Assembly (NCBI GenBank): GCA_963664225.1
Contig: OY760937.1
Coordinates: 3,328,001 to 3,392,000, forward strand
Reading direction: 5' to 3'
DNA length: 64,000 bases
From: Verrucomicrobiia bacterium
GTDB lineage: Bacteria > Verrucomicrobiota > Verrucomicrobiia > Limisphaerales > UBA1319
Shown: in pieces, positions 51,601 to 62,103 of the stretch
Layout: each line of letters opens with the position of its first letter
Numbering within the stretch: the first letter of the stretch is position 1
The notes under the pieces: model-generated
The model's database searches: none
What the model was told of the DNA's origin: nothing
The model's input: only the letters and a program-made list of their open reading frames with translations
Translations under genes and position numbers: made by a program

Positions 51601-54192
51601 ACATTCCCGGCTGCTTACACCGTCAATCCGGCGGGCCAGATCGGTTCCAGCGTTGCCGCTTTCGGTGCATGGACGAATCTGAGCACCGGCACCGACAGCA
51701 GCGTTTGGGCTCTCGCTCATGACGGCGTGAACGTGTATGCGGGCGGCGATTTCCTGACCGCCGGCGGCGTGCCAGCCAACTACGTGGCCAAGTGGGACGG
51801 GGCGACCTGGTCGAACCTCGGCGGCGGGATGGACGGCACGGTTTACGCCTTGGTGCAGGCTGGTGCCAGCCTTTATGCGGGCGGCGCGTTTACGAACGCC
51901 GACGGCACGACGGTCAACTCTGTGGCTGTTTGGAACGGCACAAGCTGGAGTCCTCTGGGCGCCGGCATGAACGGCACTGTTAACGCCCTGGCCTTTGACG
52001 GCGTCAACCTCTATGCGGGTGGCTCTTTCACAACTGCGGGCGGTGCGCCTGCCAGTAACATTGCAATGTGGAATGGCACATCTTGGTCCGCTGTCGGTTC
52101 CGGCACAGACGGCGCGGTGCTTGCCTTGACCTGCATCGGCACAACCCTCTACGCAGGTGGCGACTTCCTGAACGCCGGTGGCGTGCCAGTCAATTACGTT
52201 GCGACGTGGGACGGCACGACATGGGCTCCTCTGGGCACCGGCATGAATACAACGGTGTTTGCCTTGACACACGACAGCGTGAACCTCTACGCGGGTGGCT
52301 CCTTTGTGACCGCCGGTGGTGCGACGGCCAACTCCGTGGCCATGTGGAATGGCACAAGCTGGACCGCCCTTGGCGCCGGCATGGATCCAAGTGTTTACGC
52401 CCTGGCTTACAACGGAACCAGCCTGTATGCGGGCGGCACGTTCACAACTGCTGGCGGTGTGGCCGCCAACTCCGTGGCCATGTGGGATGGGACAAGCTGG
52501 ACAAATCTTGCCAGTGGCACGGACGGTTTCGTCTATGCCCTGTCTCATAACGGAACCAGCCTCGTGGCGGGTGGTCAGTTCAACATCGCCGGTGGAGTCG
52601 CCGCCGTCGATATTGCTCAATGGAATGCCACAGCCCCTGCTTCCACAGGCGTGGAACCCAGTTCCGGCCCCTGGACCGGCGGCTTTACCGTCATCATCTC
52701 AGGCTCCAACTTGGGTAACGGAAGCGACATTTATGACGTGACCCTGTGCGGTGTGAGTGTGACCTCCATCACCAGCCAGTCCGCCTCTCAAGTAATCGTG
52801 GTGGCTGCTCCAGGCACCCCCGGTTTGGGGGATGTGCGGGTGTTCTCCACGAGCTTCGGCGAAACGGTTAAAGCCAACGCATTCACTTATACCGCGCCTG
52901 TCCTCGAGGTGCTCGGCACGGACGGTTCGGTGATCGCCAGTGGCAGCGCTGCTTCAACGGTCAATGGCACGGACTTCGGCAGTCTCGCCTTGGGCCTGAA
53001 GATGACAAACCAGTTCTCGATCACCAACTCTGGCGACCAAGTTCTGAATATCAGCGCCACAGCCTTGACGGGTGATGCGACCTTTGCGCTCCTCGACACA
53101 CTGCCCGCCACCCTGGCCGCAGGCGCCTCCTCCACGTTCCGGGTTGAATTCAACCCGACCGCGTTTGGACCCTCCGCAGCCACATTGTGGATCACCAACG
53201 ATGCAATTGCCGGCACCTACTCAGTCCTGCTGAGTGGCGCTGCAGTCGGTTCGCTGGGCACTGAAACGGCCGGGTCCACCACTTGGGCGGGCGGCGGCAA
53301 TTTCACCTGGGAGATCAATTCCGCCACTGGAACCGCAGGCGCGGATCCTGGCTGGGACTTGCTCGATATCACCGGCACGCTGGACATTACCGCCACAAGC
53401 GGGAGCACGTTCACTCTGAACCTGATCACTCTCACACCGCCGGCAAATGCGCCCGGTGCCATGGCCAACTTCGATAATACCCTGGCCTACGATTGGATGA
53501 TTGTCCGGGCCAGCGGCGGTATCATCGGGTTTGCCCCGGATCGCTTCAGCCTCAACACGAGCGGATTCGCCAACGGCCTGAACGGTGGCCTGTTGACCCT
53601 CGCTCAGGTTGGCAACGAACTCCATGTTCTCTTCAGCCCCGCGGGCAACCATGCTCCCGTCGCTGAATCCATCACCGCTGGAGTACGCCAGGGCAGAAGC
53701 CTGACCTTGAGCGTCGCCAAATTGCTCGCCAGGGCCACCGACGTGGATGGCGACACACTCACGCTGGTCGGTTTGAGCCCCAGCAGTGCGGGTATGACCC
53801 TGTCACTGGCGGCGGGTCAGATTACTTACACGCCGGCCATCGCCTTCTCCGGCACGGATACATTCACTTACACCATTGCTGACGGGCACGGGGCCACCGC
53901 CACCGCCACGGTAACCGTGACAGTCACACCCGCCGACGCGGCGTCTATCAACGTGGTGTTTGGACCCGTGGTCAACGCGGGCAACTTCGTGGTGCGCTTT
54001 GCGGGCATACCGGGCTATGAATACACCATCGAGTCCACCGACAGCCTCTTGCCCGCCACTTGGGTGAAGAAGCAAAATCTAATCGCCCCCACAACCGCAG
54101 GGAGTTTTGGGGTTGGCGTGTTCGAGTTCACCGAACCCACCGGAGGAGCGACCAGTCGCTTTTATCGGACTGTTTGGCCGGCCTATGAATGA
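45652..54192 (+). CDS. Giant secreted/surface protein: 4x(IPT, 7-blade propeller, IPT, choice-of-anchor-D-like Ig) plus Big_9/cadherin-like and C-terminal sorting domain
   Basis: Signal peptide; 46-aa LYAGG.F..AGG...A.W.G..W repeats; GP..GG..VTI IPT motifs; DVDGD; C-terminal RFYR. Confidence 0.85.
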   Translation: MKSCNSPTNLRNFISQSAKTNWAQGCLRFALAAFMVAMLAFTARADILVIPNVGPFAGGNTVTITNTTATFGTITNVLLDGVQATIDATDATSVTFTAPAVGSAGLKDILIQTAENVDTTLTGAYTVNPAGQIGVSVPGSGGWTNLSTGTDNSVWSLAYDGANVYAGGDFLTAGGVPANYVAKWDGTTWSNLGSGMNGTVYALVRAGANLYAGGAFTTADGATVNSVAVWNGASWSPLGTGMDGTVNSLAFDGVNLYAGGFFTTAGGVPASNIAMWNGASWSAVGTGTDGAVLALTYNGTILYAGGDFLNAGGVTVNYVAMWDGTTWAPLGSGMDSTVLTLTHDSANLYAGGAFTSANGASAAYVAMWNGASWSSLGTGMDTPVYALTSDGTNIYAGGTFTTAGGVAASSVAMWDGTSWTNMASGTDGFVFALAHAGVDLVAGGQFVTAGGVTAINIAEWNGAAPASSGVEPSSGPYTGGFTVVISGSNLGDGGDIIDVTLCGVSVASITSQSASQVIVVAGVGTPGLGDVRVFSKSFGETVKLNGFTYTGPGMQVLGVDGSVIATDSGASLANGTAFGHILVGTSVIHTFTLTNNAPTEAGIAGYATNGPDAAFFGVTGIPATIPGAGSVPITVTYHPLTIGSHTAFLTITNDPAAAPYTVNLSGSAFQISPVIGPFAGGNTVTITNGGLGTITNILVGGVQAAIVSALADSVTFTMPAFTTPGIKDIVIQTSDSGSFTLVGAYTVNPAGQIGSSVATSGAWTNLSTGTDNSVWALAYDGVNVYAGGDFLTAGGVPANYVATWDGTNWSNLGGGMDGTVYALVRAGANLYAGGAFTNADGATVNSVAVWNGTSWSPLGTGMDGTVNALAFDGVNLYAGGFFTTAGGVPANNIAMWNGTSWSAVGTGTDGAVLALTYDGVNLYAGGDFEVAGGVAVDFVARWNGTTWASLGAGMDSTVLSLTYDSANLYAGGAFTTAGGALANHVAMWNGTSWSPLGTGMDTSVSALTSDGTNLFAGGTFTTAGGVPASSVAMWDGTSWTNMASGTDGFVFALAHAGLDLVAGGQFATAGGVTAINIAEWNGTAPASSGVEPNSGPWTGGFTVVISGSNLGDGGDIIDVTLCGVSVASITSQSASQVIVVAGVGTPGLGDVRVFSKSFGETVKLNAFTYTGSSLEVLGVDGSVIASDTTPSLANGSAFGHVPVGSSILHNFTLTNSGPVDLNISGFATDGTDAAYFAVAGIPAIVPAGGAAAFTVTYNPLVVGDHTALLTITNDSPTNLYLVNLSGSAFQVTPASGPFAGGNTVVINNGNLGAITSILVGGVPALFDEFSANQVTITIPAIGSSGLVDIVIQTSDIGNITLAGAYTVNPAGQIGGFVTGPNAWTNLDSGLNERVYYGLAYDGTNLFAGGLFTTAGGQPANYVARWDGTNWFNLGIGMDERVLSLLLVGTNLYAAGDFTHAGGVSANHVARWDGTSWSAVGSGMNNSVNTLAYDGTYLYAGGDFTLADGLPANNMARWDGTSWSSVGGGMSGSSDSVRALVVDGPNLYVGGSFATAGGVPVSNMARWDGTTWSSLGTGMNGGVYRLELVGTSLYAGGSFTTAGGVPADDVAMWDGTSWSALGLGMDSTIFAMAHDGTNLYAGGAFTTADNQPANYVAMWNGTTWTNLGTGMDGRVLSLLHDGKSLYAGGWFTNAGGVLVNHIAKWTAPVTPFTGVEPSSGPWTGGFTVVISGSNLGNGSDITNVTLNGASVASITSQTSSEVVVVAAAGAPGLGDVRVFSTSFGETVKPNAFTYTAPGLQVLDSNGLLVANDSPASLVSGTDFGSVNLGSSVVHTFSLTNDGTTDLTITGYSTNGPDAANFAVDGIPTTIPVGGQTSFTITYSPLSAGGHTAYLTITNDSPANPYIVNLAGSAFSVIPNVGPFGGGNTVTLNNGLFGTITNVLVGGVQATILSSAANSVTFIMPAFASAGVKDIVLQTSDNGEITFPAAYTVNPAGQIGSSVAAFGAWTNLSTGTDSSVWALAHDGVNVYAGGDFLTAGGVPANYVAKWDGATWSNLGGGMDGTVYALVQAGASLYAGGAFTNADGTTVNSVAVWNGTSWSPLGAGMNGTVNALAFDGVNLYAGGSFTTAGGAPASNIAMWNGTSWSAVGSGTDGAVLALTCIGTTLYAGGDFLNAGGVPVNYVATWDGTTWAPLGTGMNTTVFALTHDSVNLYAGGSFVTAGGATANSVAMWNGTSWTALGAGMDPSVYALAYNGTSLYAGGTFTTAGGVAANSVAMWDGTSWTNLASGTDGFVYALSHNGTSLVAGGQFNIAGGVAAVDIAQWNATAPASTGVEPSSGPWTGGFTVIISGSNLGNGSDIYDVTLCGVSVTSITSQSASQVIVVAAPGTPGLGDVRVFSTSFGETVKANAFTYTAPVLEVLGTDGSVIASGSAASTVNGTDFGSLALGLKMTNQFSITNSGDQVLNISATALTGDATFALLDTLPATLAAGASSTFRVEFNPTAFGPSAATLWITNDAIAGTYSVLLSGAAVGSLGTETAGSTTWAGGGNFTWEINSATGTAGADPGWDLLDITGTLDITATSGSTFTLNLITLTPPANAPGAMANFDNTLAYDWMIVRASGGIIGFAPDRFSLNTSGFANGLNGGLLTLAQVGNELHVLFSPAGNHAPVAESITAGVRQGRSLTLSVAKLLARATDVDGDTLTLVGLSPSSAGMTLSLAAGQITYTPAIAFSGTDTFTYTIADGHGATATATVTVTVTPADAASINVVFGPVVNAGNFVVRFAGIPGYEYTIESTDSLLPATWVKKQNLIAPTTAGSFGVGVFEFTEPTGGATSRFYRTVWPAYE
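45800..53240 (+). repeat. Four tandem ~1.86-kb intragenic macro-repeats
   Basis: Equivalent positions at 46081, 47941, 49801 and 51673. Confidence 0.9.
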
Positions 54193-54248
54193 AAATGAAC
54201 CTGACGGCAAAACTTTAAGAAATACAAAAAAATTCACTCAAGAAATTT

Positions 54249-54959
54249 ATGAGAAAGAAAATTTTGAAGCAGGCCATCAAACCGATCACCTTGGCGCTCC
54301 TCTTGACGGGCCTGCCCGCCTTTGGCCAGGTGACTTTGACATCGAGTTGGACCGGTTCTCAGGCCATTCCTGACGGCGATGCCACAGGCATTGCCTATAA
54401 CTTCAACCTGACCGATCCGGCAACCGTGATCCAAAATGTTTCGGTTACCTTGAACCTTTCAGGCGGATGGAACGGTGACCTTTACGCCTATTTGTCCCAC
54501 GGCACCGAGTCAGCGGTGTTGCTCAACCGGGTGGGCGTCAGCGCCGGCAACGCAGACGGCTATGGAAACCCCGGATTTTCCGTGACCTTGAGCGGCAGCG
54601 CCCTGGGTGACATTCACAACTACCAGGCCCTTAGCCCGAGTTTTAACGGTTCCGGTCAGCTAACCGGCACTTGGGGGGCTGATGGGCGTAGCATCGCTCC
54701 AAACTCATTGGGATCGGCGTTCGATTCCGCTCCTCGGAATGCCACGCTGAGCACACTCAACGGGACCGATCCTAACGGAAACTGGACGCTGTTTATCGCG
54801 GATGTATCGGGTGGATTCACCTCGACCTTGAATGGTTATACGGTGGAGGTGACGGCCGTGCCTGAGCCAGCCGAGACGGCGCTGGTGATGGGCGCCATCG
54901 TTGGCCTCACCGCTCTGGTGCTAAAAAAACGCAATAATAAAGCGCAGTTGGCCGGATAG
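54249..54959 (+). CDS. PEP-CTERM sorting-domain protein (P-domain-like)
   Basis: Signal peptide; IPDG..., GDL...LSH, NGNWTLFIAD; VPEP, TM helix, KKR. Confidence 0.9.
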   Translation: MRKKILKQAIKPITLALLLTGLPAFGQVTLTSSWTGSQAIPDGDATGIAYNFNLTDPATVIQNVSVTLNLSGGWNGDLYAYLSHGTESAVLLNRVGVSAGNADGYGNPGFSVTLSGSALGDIHNYQALSPSFNGSGQLTGTWGADGRSIAPNSLGSAFDSAPRNATLSTLNGTDPNGNWTLFIADVSGGFTSTLNGYTVEVTAVPEPAETALVMGAIVGLTALVLKKRNNKAQLAG

Positions 54960-54991
54960 TTGGCCCGCTGGCTTTTTAAAGAAACTTCGAA

Positions 54992-55033
54992 GAGCATCGG
55001 TCAGTGGCACTTGCTGACCGATGCTTCTTTTTT
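54992..55033 (+). terminator. Intrinsic terminator
   Basis: AGCATCGGTCAG/CTGACCGATGCT stem plus T run, between convergent genes. Confidence 0.8.
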
Positions 55034-55111
55034 GTTCGTTATCGATCCGCAGTTTTATTGGGCGGATTGCTTCTTCGCGATGTATTTCACATCTTCAAGT
55101 CCATCAAACGT

Positions 55112-56425
55112 TTATTTCAGCGCATTGTATTTTTCCAGCGCCCAGCGTTGCCATTCGATCTTTTTGCGATTCCGAAATGCCGGTTCCTTCCACGGTCCTT
55201 TCGCCATCGCCAGGGCCTCCTGCTCGGCGAGCGGGGCTTGACCCAATCGCGCCACCTCGTTCGTTTGGCATCCACGCCGGATCACGGCCTGCCAGGCGCT
55301 GCGCAATTCAGGATGCACGTCCACCAGCAAGGCCCCGGCCATCGCCGCCACCAGGTCACCCCGGGCGCGCGCCTGGTTGCCATCGAACTTGAAGGTTTGC
55401 TTCAGGTCGAAAGGTGAATACTCGATGTTGCTCACGTCGTGGTAGCGCTTGTAGAGATCGGGCCGGACCGGCATGCGCTCGATGGAGAACTGGCGGGCCC
55501 CGCCCTGATATCCTTTGGGCAGATACCAGAGTTTCTGACCCGTCTCGGAGAGCACAAAATCGACGAACCTTCTGGCTTCCACGGCGTGCGGCGCCCCTTT
55601 GAGCAGCGCCAGCCCGTCAGGGACAATCCCGGCCACGTCCTCGGGCAGCGCGAATACCAGTTCAGCGCGTCCGGCGGCGGCGATCTGTGTGAATGCATAA
55701 AAATCGATGGCGGGCGCACAGGCCGTTTCGCCCAGCGTGACGTCTTTGGCGGTGTTGGATGAAAAGCGGTCGATTTTGCGGGCGTTGCCTGACAAACAGG
55801 CCAGGAGCTGCCACCCGCGCTCCCATCCGTAGGCCTGAAGCAGCGTTTCAAACATCGTGATCATGGAGCCGCTGTTGCGCGGATCCCCCACGCCCACCCA
55901 GCCTTGAAGGGCCGGATCCGCCAGTTGGTCCCAGCGAACGATGGCAGGCAGACCCATGAGCTTTTGAACCCGCTTATTTTGTAGAATGCCGAAGCTCGAG
56001 AGCGCCGTCCCATACCATCGATGCCCGGCATCGTAGAGATCCACGCCCTTCCAGTTTTGCGGAATCCCTTCGAGGATCGCCGCGGCGGGAACATACGTTT
56101 CGCACAGGCCGCGGTCCGCGAGCATCAGGTAAGGCTCGATGCCGCCGCCAAAAAAACAATCGATGCCGATGCCCCCCGGTTTGCTGGCGAACTCGGACAA
56201 CACAAATCGCATGGCGTCGGTGGAGCCGCCCACGTCGCGCCATTCCACTTCCGACTCTTCATGATACTGCGCGCGATACCATTCCGCATAGGCGCGCGCG
56301 AATTCGATGCGAATCGCCTCGTTATGCGGCGAGATGACGACCACGTGATTCTGCGCGTGCGTGGAGAGGGCGAGCATCCAGAGCGATGCAACGAAGCCCG
56401 CCATCCAATGGGTGAGGTTTCTCAC
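55112..56425 (-). CDS. ABC transporter substrate-binding protein (Fe3+/thiamine-type)
   Basis: Signal peptide; VISPH, FFGGG, DPRNSGS, IDFYA, FVDFVLS..GQ. Confidence 0.85.
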   Translation of the reverse strand: MRNLTHWMAGFVASLWMLALSTHAQNHVVVISPHNEAIRIEFARAYAEWYRAQYHEESEVEWRDVGGSTDAMRFVLSEFASKPGGIGIDCFFGGGIEPYLMLADRGLCETYVPAAAILEGIPQNWKGVDLYDAGHRWYGTALSSFGILQNKRVQKLMGLPAIVRWDQLADPALQGWVGVGDPRNSGSMITMFETLLQAYGWERGWQLLACLSGNARKIDRFSSNTAKDVTLGETACAPAIDFYAFTQIAAAGRAELVFALPEDVAGIVPDGLALLKGAPHAVEARRFVDFVLSETGQKLWYLPKGYQGGARQFSIERMPVRPDLYKRYHDVSNIEYSPFDLKQTFKFDGNQARARGDLVAAMAGALLVDVHPELRSAWQAVIRRGCQTNEVARLGQAPLAEQEALAMAKGPWKEPAFRNRKKIEWQRWALEKYNALK

Positions 56426-56476
56426 AAAAGCATGATCACAGCTTTAACAGTATTGGCGTCCCGGGTGGGCGCGGGG

Positions 56477-57607
56477 TCAGCGAACGGCGCCCGCCAGCGG
56501 CTGTGGCGGTTTGGACGCCGGGCTCTCCAGAAAGTCCCGCGTCAACCCCTTGAGCAAGTCCACTTCCAACAGGAACGCGTCATGCCCGTAATCGCTTTGG
56601 ATTTCCATGTAGGTGGCATCCACGCCGCGCTTGAGCAGGGCCCGCACCAATTCCCGCGATTGCGACGGTGGAAAGAGCCAGTCCGAGCTAAAGCTGACGA
56701 TCAGGAACCTTGCGCGCGCATGCTCGAACGCATCCGCCAGCGAGGGCAGCCCCGCCGACATGTCGAAATAGTCGATCGCCTTGGTGATGTAGAGAAAGGC
56801 GTTCGCGTCGAAACGATTCGTAAAGGCGTTGCCGCGATAGCGCAGGTAGCTTTCCACCGCGAAATCGGTCTCGAAATCATACCCGTACTGCGGCCGTTCC
56901 TGGAGGCGACGGCCGAATTTTTCGTGCATCGAGGCATCGCTCAGATAGGTGATGTGCCCGATCATGCGCGCCACCGCCAGGCCTTTGCTTGGAGGTTCGT
57001 TGTCGTAATAATTGCCCTTGCGCCAGTTTGGATCCGCGTAAATGGCCTGACGCGCCACTTCGTCCAGCGCAATGGTCTGCGGGGAGACCCGCGCGGTCGA
57101 GGCCAGGATGAGGGCGTTGCGCACGCGATCCGGATGCGACACCGCCCATTGCAGCGCCTGCATGCCGCCCATGCTCCCGCCCACCACGGCGAGGATCTGA
57201 TCGATGCCCAGGAAATCCATGAGCACACGCTGGGATTCCACCATGTCCGCCACCGTCACAATCGGGAAATCCAGTCCGTAGCGCCGACCGGTCAGCGGGT
57301 TCATGGAACCCGGTCCCGTGCTGCCCTGGCATCCGCCCAGCACATTCACGCAAACCACGAAATAGCGGTCCGTATCGAATATTTTCTTCGAGCCCACCGC
57401 CTCCTCCCACCAGCCTTCATGGTCCCCCTCGAAATGGGAGGCCACGTGCGAATCCCCCGAAAGCGCGTGCAGGATCAGAATCACATTATCCCGCGCAGCA
57501 TTGAGCCTGCCGTAGGTTTCGTACGCGAGCGTGAACTCCGGCAGCACCGCCTTGCTTTGCAGCGTGAGCGGTTGCCGGAAGGTGACCAATTGAGGTTTGC
57601 TGACCAT
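56477..57607 (-). CDS. metX: Homoserine O-acetyltransferase
   Basis: HALSGDSH, GGSMGGMQ, SDWLFPP, YGHDAFL. Confidence 0.94.
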   Translation of the reverse strand: MVSKPQLVTFRQPLTLQSKAVLPEFTLAYETYGRLNAARDNVILILHALSGDSHVASHFEGDHEGWWEEAVGSKKIFDTDRYFVVCVNVLGGCQGSTGPGSMNPLTGRRYGLDFPIVTVADMVESQRVLMDFLGIDQILAVVGGSMGGMQALQWAVSHPDRVRNALILASTARVSPQTIALDEVARQAIYADPNWRKGNYYDNEPPSKGLAVARMIGHITYLSDASMHEKFGRRLQERPQYGYDFETDFAVESYLRYRGNAFTNRFDANAFLYITKAIDYFDMSAGLPSLADAFEHARARFLIVSFSSDWLFPPSQSRELVRALLKRGVDATYMEIQSDYGHDAFLLEVDLLKGLTRDFLESPASKPPQPLAGAVR

Positions 57608-57636
57608 GCCAGGTATTCGGGTTACTTGAACAACCC

Positions 57637-58980
<1,344 letters not shown>

Positions 58981-59485
58981 TCATATCCATTACCCGGGAA
59001 AAGCCCGCAACGGCCGTACTGGATAACCTATCCTCTGAAAACACCTCCCCTTCAAGTGGAAAAAGCCCCGATGCCTCCGCAATCCGGGGTTTGGAGTCCC
59101 GGCTTCAGCCGGCCAGGTGATCGTATTTCCCCGTCGCTATGAGCGTCATTCCCAGCCCGTTAGCGGTTTGCTTCAAGGGCCGTTCATCTCCGCAATCTAC
59201 GAGTCAAATCACCCACCGCCGCACTTCGCGTAACGCACCTATAATTGCCTGCCCACGCCAACAATGAATTGACACCCACACCCATTTGCCAATGATGGCC
59301 ACCGTGTCACCACTCGTCCGCAACAGTGGAAGAAAAAGGAAAGCAAGCATGCACAAATGCAAACGCAATAATCCGGCGTGTCCTTCAGAAATTATGAGCC
59401 GTGCGCCCAACCTGATCAATTTGTCAAACCATCGCCCGTTTCAGGTGGCATTTACTGAATATGACCGTTAAATGACCTGCAGAAT

Positions 59486-59809
59486 ATGGGTGATAAACAC
59501 CTTCAGGAATTGCGCAGTGCTCTGGAAGGGAAAGGCTGGCGGTTGCTTCGCCAGGATGAAGGCGATGGCTACCGGATTTCAGCCGTGTGGCGAATCCAGC
59601 GGAGCACCCGCATGGAGCCCATCGAACTTTTTTTTGAAGGACTCAACGATCTGCATGTATTGCCCATTCAAAAAGCCTATGCGTGCGCGGTTAAAGATCA
59701 GAAGGAAATTTCCGTTTATTTTGGATCGATGAAGGAGTTTCGTAAAGCGCTGCCTGCATTTGTGATCGCCTTGGATCAGTTGGAACGAGATGAAAACAAG
59801 ACTGCTTAA
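59486..59809 (+). CDS. Hypothetical protein (cassette-like)
   Basis: 107-aa ORF preceded by GTTAAAT; its stop codon lies within GCTTAAC. Confidence 0.7.
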   Translation: MGDKHLQELRSALEGKGWRLLRQDEGDGYRISAVWRIQRSTRMEPIELFFEGLNDLHVLPIQKAYACAVKDQKEISVYFGSMKEFRKALPAFVIALDQLERDENKTA

Positions 59810-59870
59810 CAAACCGACTGCACCGGAGCTCGCGATAACGTCTCGGTTCCATGCCGGATGTCGCGGGCGT
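59804..59870 (+). other. Degenerate attC-like site
   Basis: RYYYAAC (GCTTAAC) followed by an imperfect inner stem CTCGCGA/TCGCGGG; no right-hand GTTRRRY. Confidence 0.4.
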
Positions 59871-59897
59871 GAAGATTGTTTATCTGTAGTATTCTAA

Positions 59898-60158
59898 ATG
59901 GCTGACCCCAGAATTATGAAGCCACACATTGTTGCAGACGGAAACTTGAGACTGCGACAGGACAAAAAGTTTCAGACGCGATTGCAGGAACTGAGCAATT
60001 CCATCCGCGCCCGCCATGTGGCGGAGCTCGCCAAGGCTGGTTTTTTCCGACGACTGGTTTTGCGCTGGCGCATAGCCACGGAAGTTCGCAAAGAACAGCG
60101 AAAGCTTAAGCCGTCACACCAATCCCTTTACATCAGCCGTATCGCACCGCGCGTTTAG
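59898..60158 (+). CDS. Hypothetical basic protein
   Basis: 86-aa ORF in a tandem small-gene cluster. Confidence 0.6.
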   Translation: MADPRIMKPHIVADGNLRLRQDKKFQTRLQELSNSIRARHVAELAKAGFFRRLVLRWRIATEVRKEQRKLKPSHQSLYISRIAPRV

Positions 60159-60184
60159 TTAACCCCACTCACCCCATCACATCT

Positions 60185-60511
60185 ATGTTCATCACCACTA
60201 CATTCTCATTCGAGGGATATCAGATCGTCGAATACAAAGGCATCGTTCGCGGCATCATTGTTCGCGCCCCGACCATCGCTCAAGGCATTGTCGGCGGCCT
60301 CAAGAACATCATCGGCGGGCGCATCGGCGCCTACACCGAGATGTGCGAGCAAGCCCGCCAGCAGGCCTATGATTATATGTTGAAGCATGCCTCTGACCTT
60401 GGCGCCAACGCGATTGTCGGTGTCCGCTATGATGCCTCGGAAGTTGTCAGCAGCGGCTCGGCAACGGAGGTGCTGTGCTATGGCACCGCAGTCGTTATTC
60501 AGAAAATATGA
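60185..60511 (+). CDS. YbjQ/UPF0145 family protein
   Basis: GLKNIIGG..AYTE..QAR..GANAIVGVRYD..YGTAV. Confidence 0.9.
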   Translation: MFITTTFSFEGYQIVEYKGIVRGIIVRAPTIAQGIVGGLKNIIGGRIGAYTEMCEQARQQAYDYMLKHASDLGANAIVGVRYDASEVVSSGSATEVLCYGTAVVIQKI

Positions 60512-60550
60512 GCCGCGCGATCCGCTGACTACACCACCAAACCAACGATT

Positions 60551-60787
60551 ATGACTAACGAAAGAATGCAGTGTCCAAAATGCAATGGACAGATGGTGCA
60601 GGGGTTTGTGCCGGATTATTCCCAGTCGGCGGCCCTTGTCGCAGCCTGGCATCTTGGCCAACCCCAAAAGTCATTCTGGACCAAAACGAAAGTGTCGCAT
60701 TCAGAAGGTTTGCCCATTGGCGCCTTCCGCTGTCAGAGATGTGGTTACCTGGAATTCTACGCGGATGCCCGATTCGCAGCGGAATGA
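60551..60787 (+). CDS. Small zinc-ribbon protein (DUF6487-like)
   Basis: CPKC..M..G and FRCQRCGYLEFYA. Confidence 0.75.
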   Translation: MTNERMQCPKCNGQMVQGFVPDYSQSAALVAAWHLGQPQKSFWTKTKVSHSEGLPIGAFRCQRCGYLEFYADARFAAE

Positions 60788-60978
60788 AATGGCAGGTTGC
60801 TTCCTCAACACTGGCATTATTTGAAATACGCCCGCCCGCACCAGATAAGCGTGGAAAGATCCACTACGCTTGCCGCCCAAGCGCAGACTGGGGTGAGGGG
60901 TTCCATTGAACCAAGCCCCACCCCACAAAAAACCGCCAACTCCAACGGCGTCGAATCAAAGCCTTAATTTGCTTTGTC

Positions 60979-62103
60979 TTACTTCGCCGCAGCTTCCCTG
61001 GTTGTTGCCTCTTTGGCCGCTGCCGCTTCTTCCGCCGGGGTGGGGGCGTTGCGCTTGGCCATGATCGCCTCCACAATGGTTGCCGCCAGCTCGGGTTTGT
61101 CCACGAGCGTCTGCCGCGCCGCATCCTTGCCCTGACCGATCAATTCGCCATTAAACTGGAGCCAGGCCCCTTTTTTCTCGACGACACCGTGGTCCAGACC
61201 CACATCGATGATGCTGCCTTCCTTGTTGATGCCGTGGTTGTAAATGATGTCGAACTCGGCTTCGGCAAAGGGCGGGGCCACCTTGTTCTTGACGATCTTC
61301 ACCTTCGTATGATTGCCCATGGCCAGACCGGCGGAGTCCTTGATCGTGTCCTTGCGCCGGATGTCGATACGCACGCTGGCGTAGAATTTCAGGGCCTTGC
61401 CGCCGGGGGTGGTTTCGGGGTTGCCGAACATCACGCCCACTTTTTCGCGCATCTGGTTGGTGAAAATGCAGGTCGTCTTGGCCTTGTTGAGCAACGCCGT
61501 GAGCTTGCGCAGGGCCTGGCTCATCAACCGTGCCTGCATGCCCATCGTCGCCATGCCCATCTCCCCTTCGAGTTCGGCCTTGGGAACGAGCGCGGCGACC
61601 GAATCGATCACGACCACGTCCAACGCGTTGGAACGCACCAGCGTTTCGCAAATGGTCAGGGCTTCCTCACCGCTGTCGGGTTGGGAAACCAGGAGGTCGT
61701 CGAGGTTGACGCCCAGTTTCTTCGCATAAGCGGGATCCAGCGCGTGCTCGGCATCGATAAACGCGGCCAAACCGCCCATTTTTTGCGCGTTGGCAATGAC
61801 ATGGAGCATCAGCGTGGTTTTGCCCGAGGATTCCGGCCCGAAGATTTCTACGACGCGGCCCCGGGGCAGGCCGCCCACACCCAGCGCCAGGTCCACCGCC
61901 AGCGCGCCGGTGGGGATGACGTCGATCTTGACCTTCGACCGGGCGTCGCCCAGGCGCATGATGCTGCCCTCGCCGTAGGTCTTGGTGATGGACGCAATGG
62001 CCGATTCCAGGTCGCGGCGGCGGGCGGTCTGGAGCTTCTCCGCCTCGGCAGCGCGGGCCTCAGAATTTTTGTCAGCGTTTTTATCGGCGGTTTTTGCAGC
62101 CAT
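60979..62103 (-). CDS. recA: Recombinase A
   Basis: [33 protein letters not shown]. Confidence 0.98.
   Translation of the reverse strand: MAAKTADKNADKNSEARAAEAEKLQTARRRDLESAIASITKTYGEGSIMRLGDARSKVKIDVIPTGALAVDLALGVGGLPRGRVVEIFGPESSGKTTLMLHVIANAQKMGGLAAFIDAEHALDPAYAKKLGVNLDDLLVSQPDSGEEALTICETLVRSNALDVVVIDSVAALVPKAELEGEMGMATMGMQARLMSQALRKLTALLNKAKTTCIFTNQMREKVGVMFGNPETTPGGKALKFYASVRIDIRRKDTIKDSAGLAMGNHTKVKIVKNKVAPPFAEAEFDIIYNHGINKEGSIIDVGLDHGVVEKKGAWLQFNGELIGQGKDAARQTLVDKPELAATIVEAIMAKRNAPTPAEEAAAAKEATTREAAAK

Noticed and set aside
46080..52620. Regular 138-bp periodicity resembling a repeat array or CRISPR
   Set aside because: These are in-frame coding propeller blades with no spacer structure and no cas genes.
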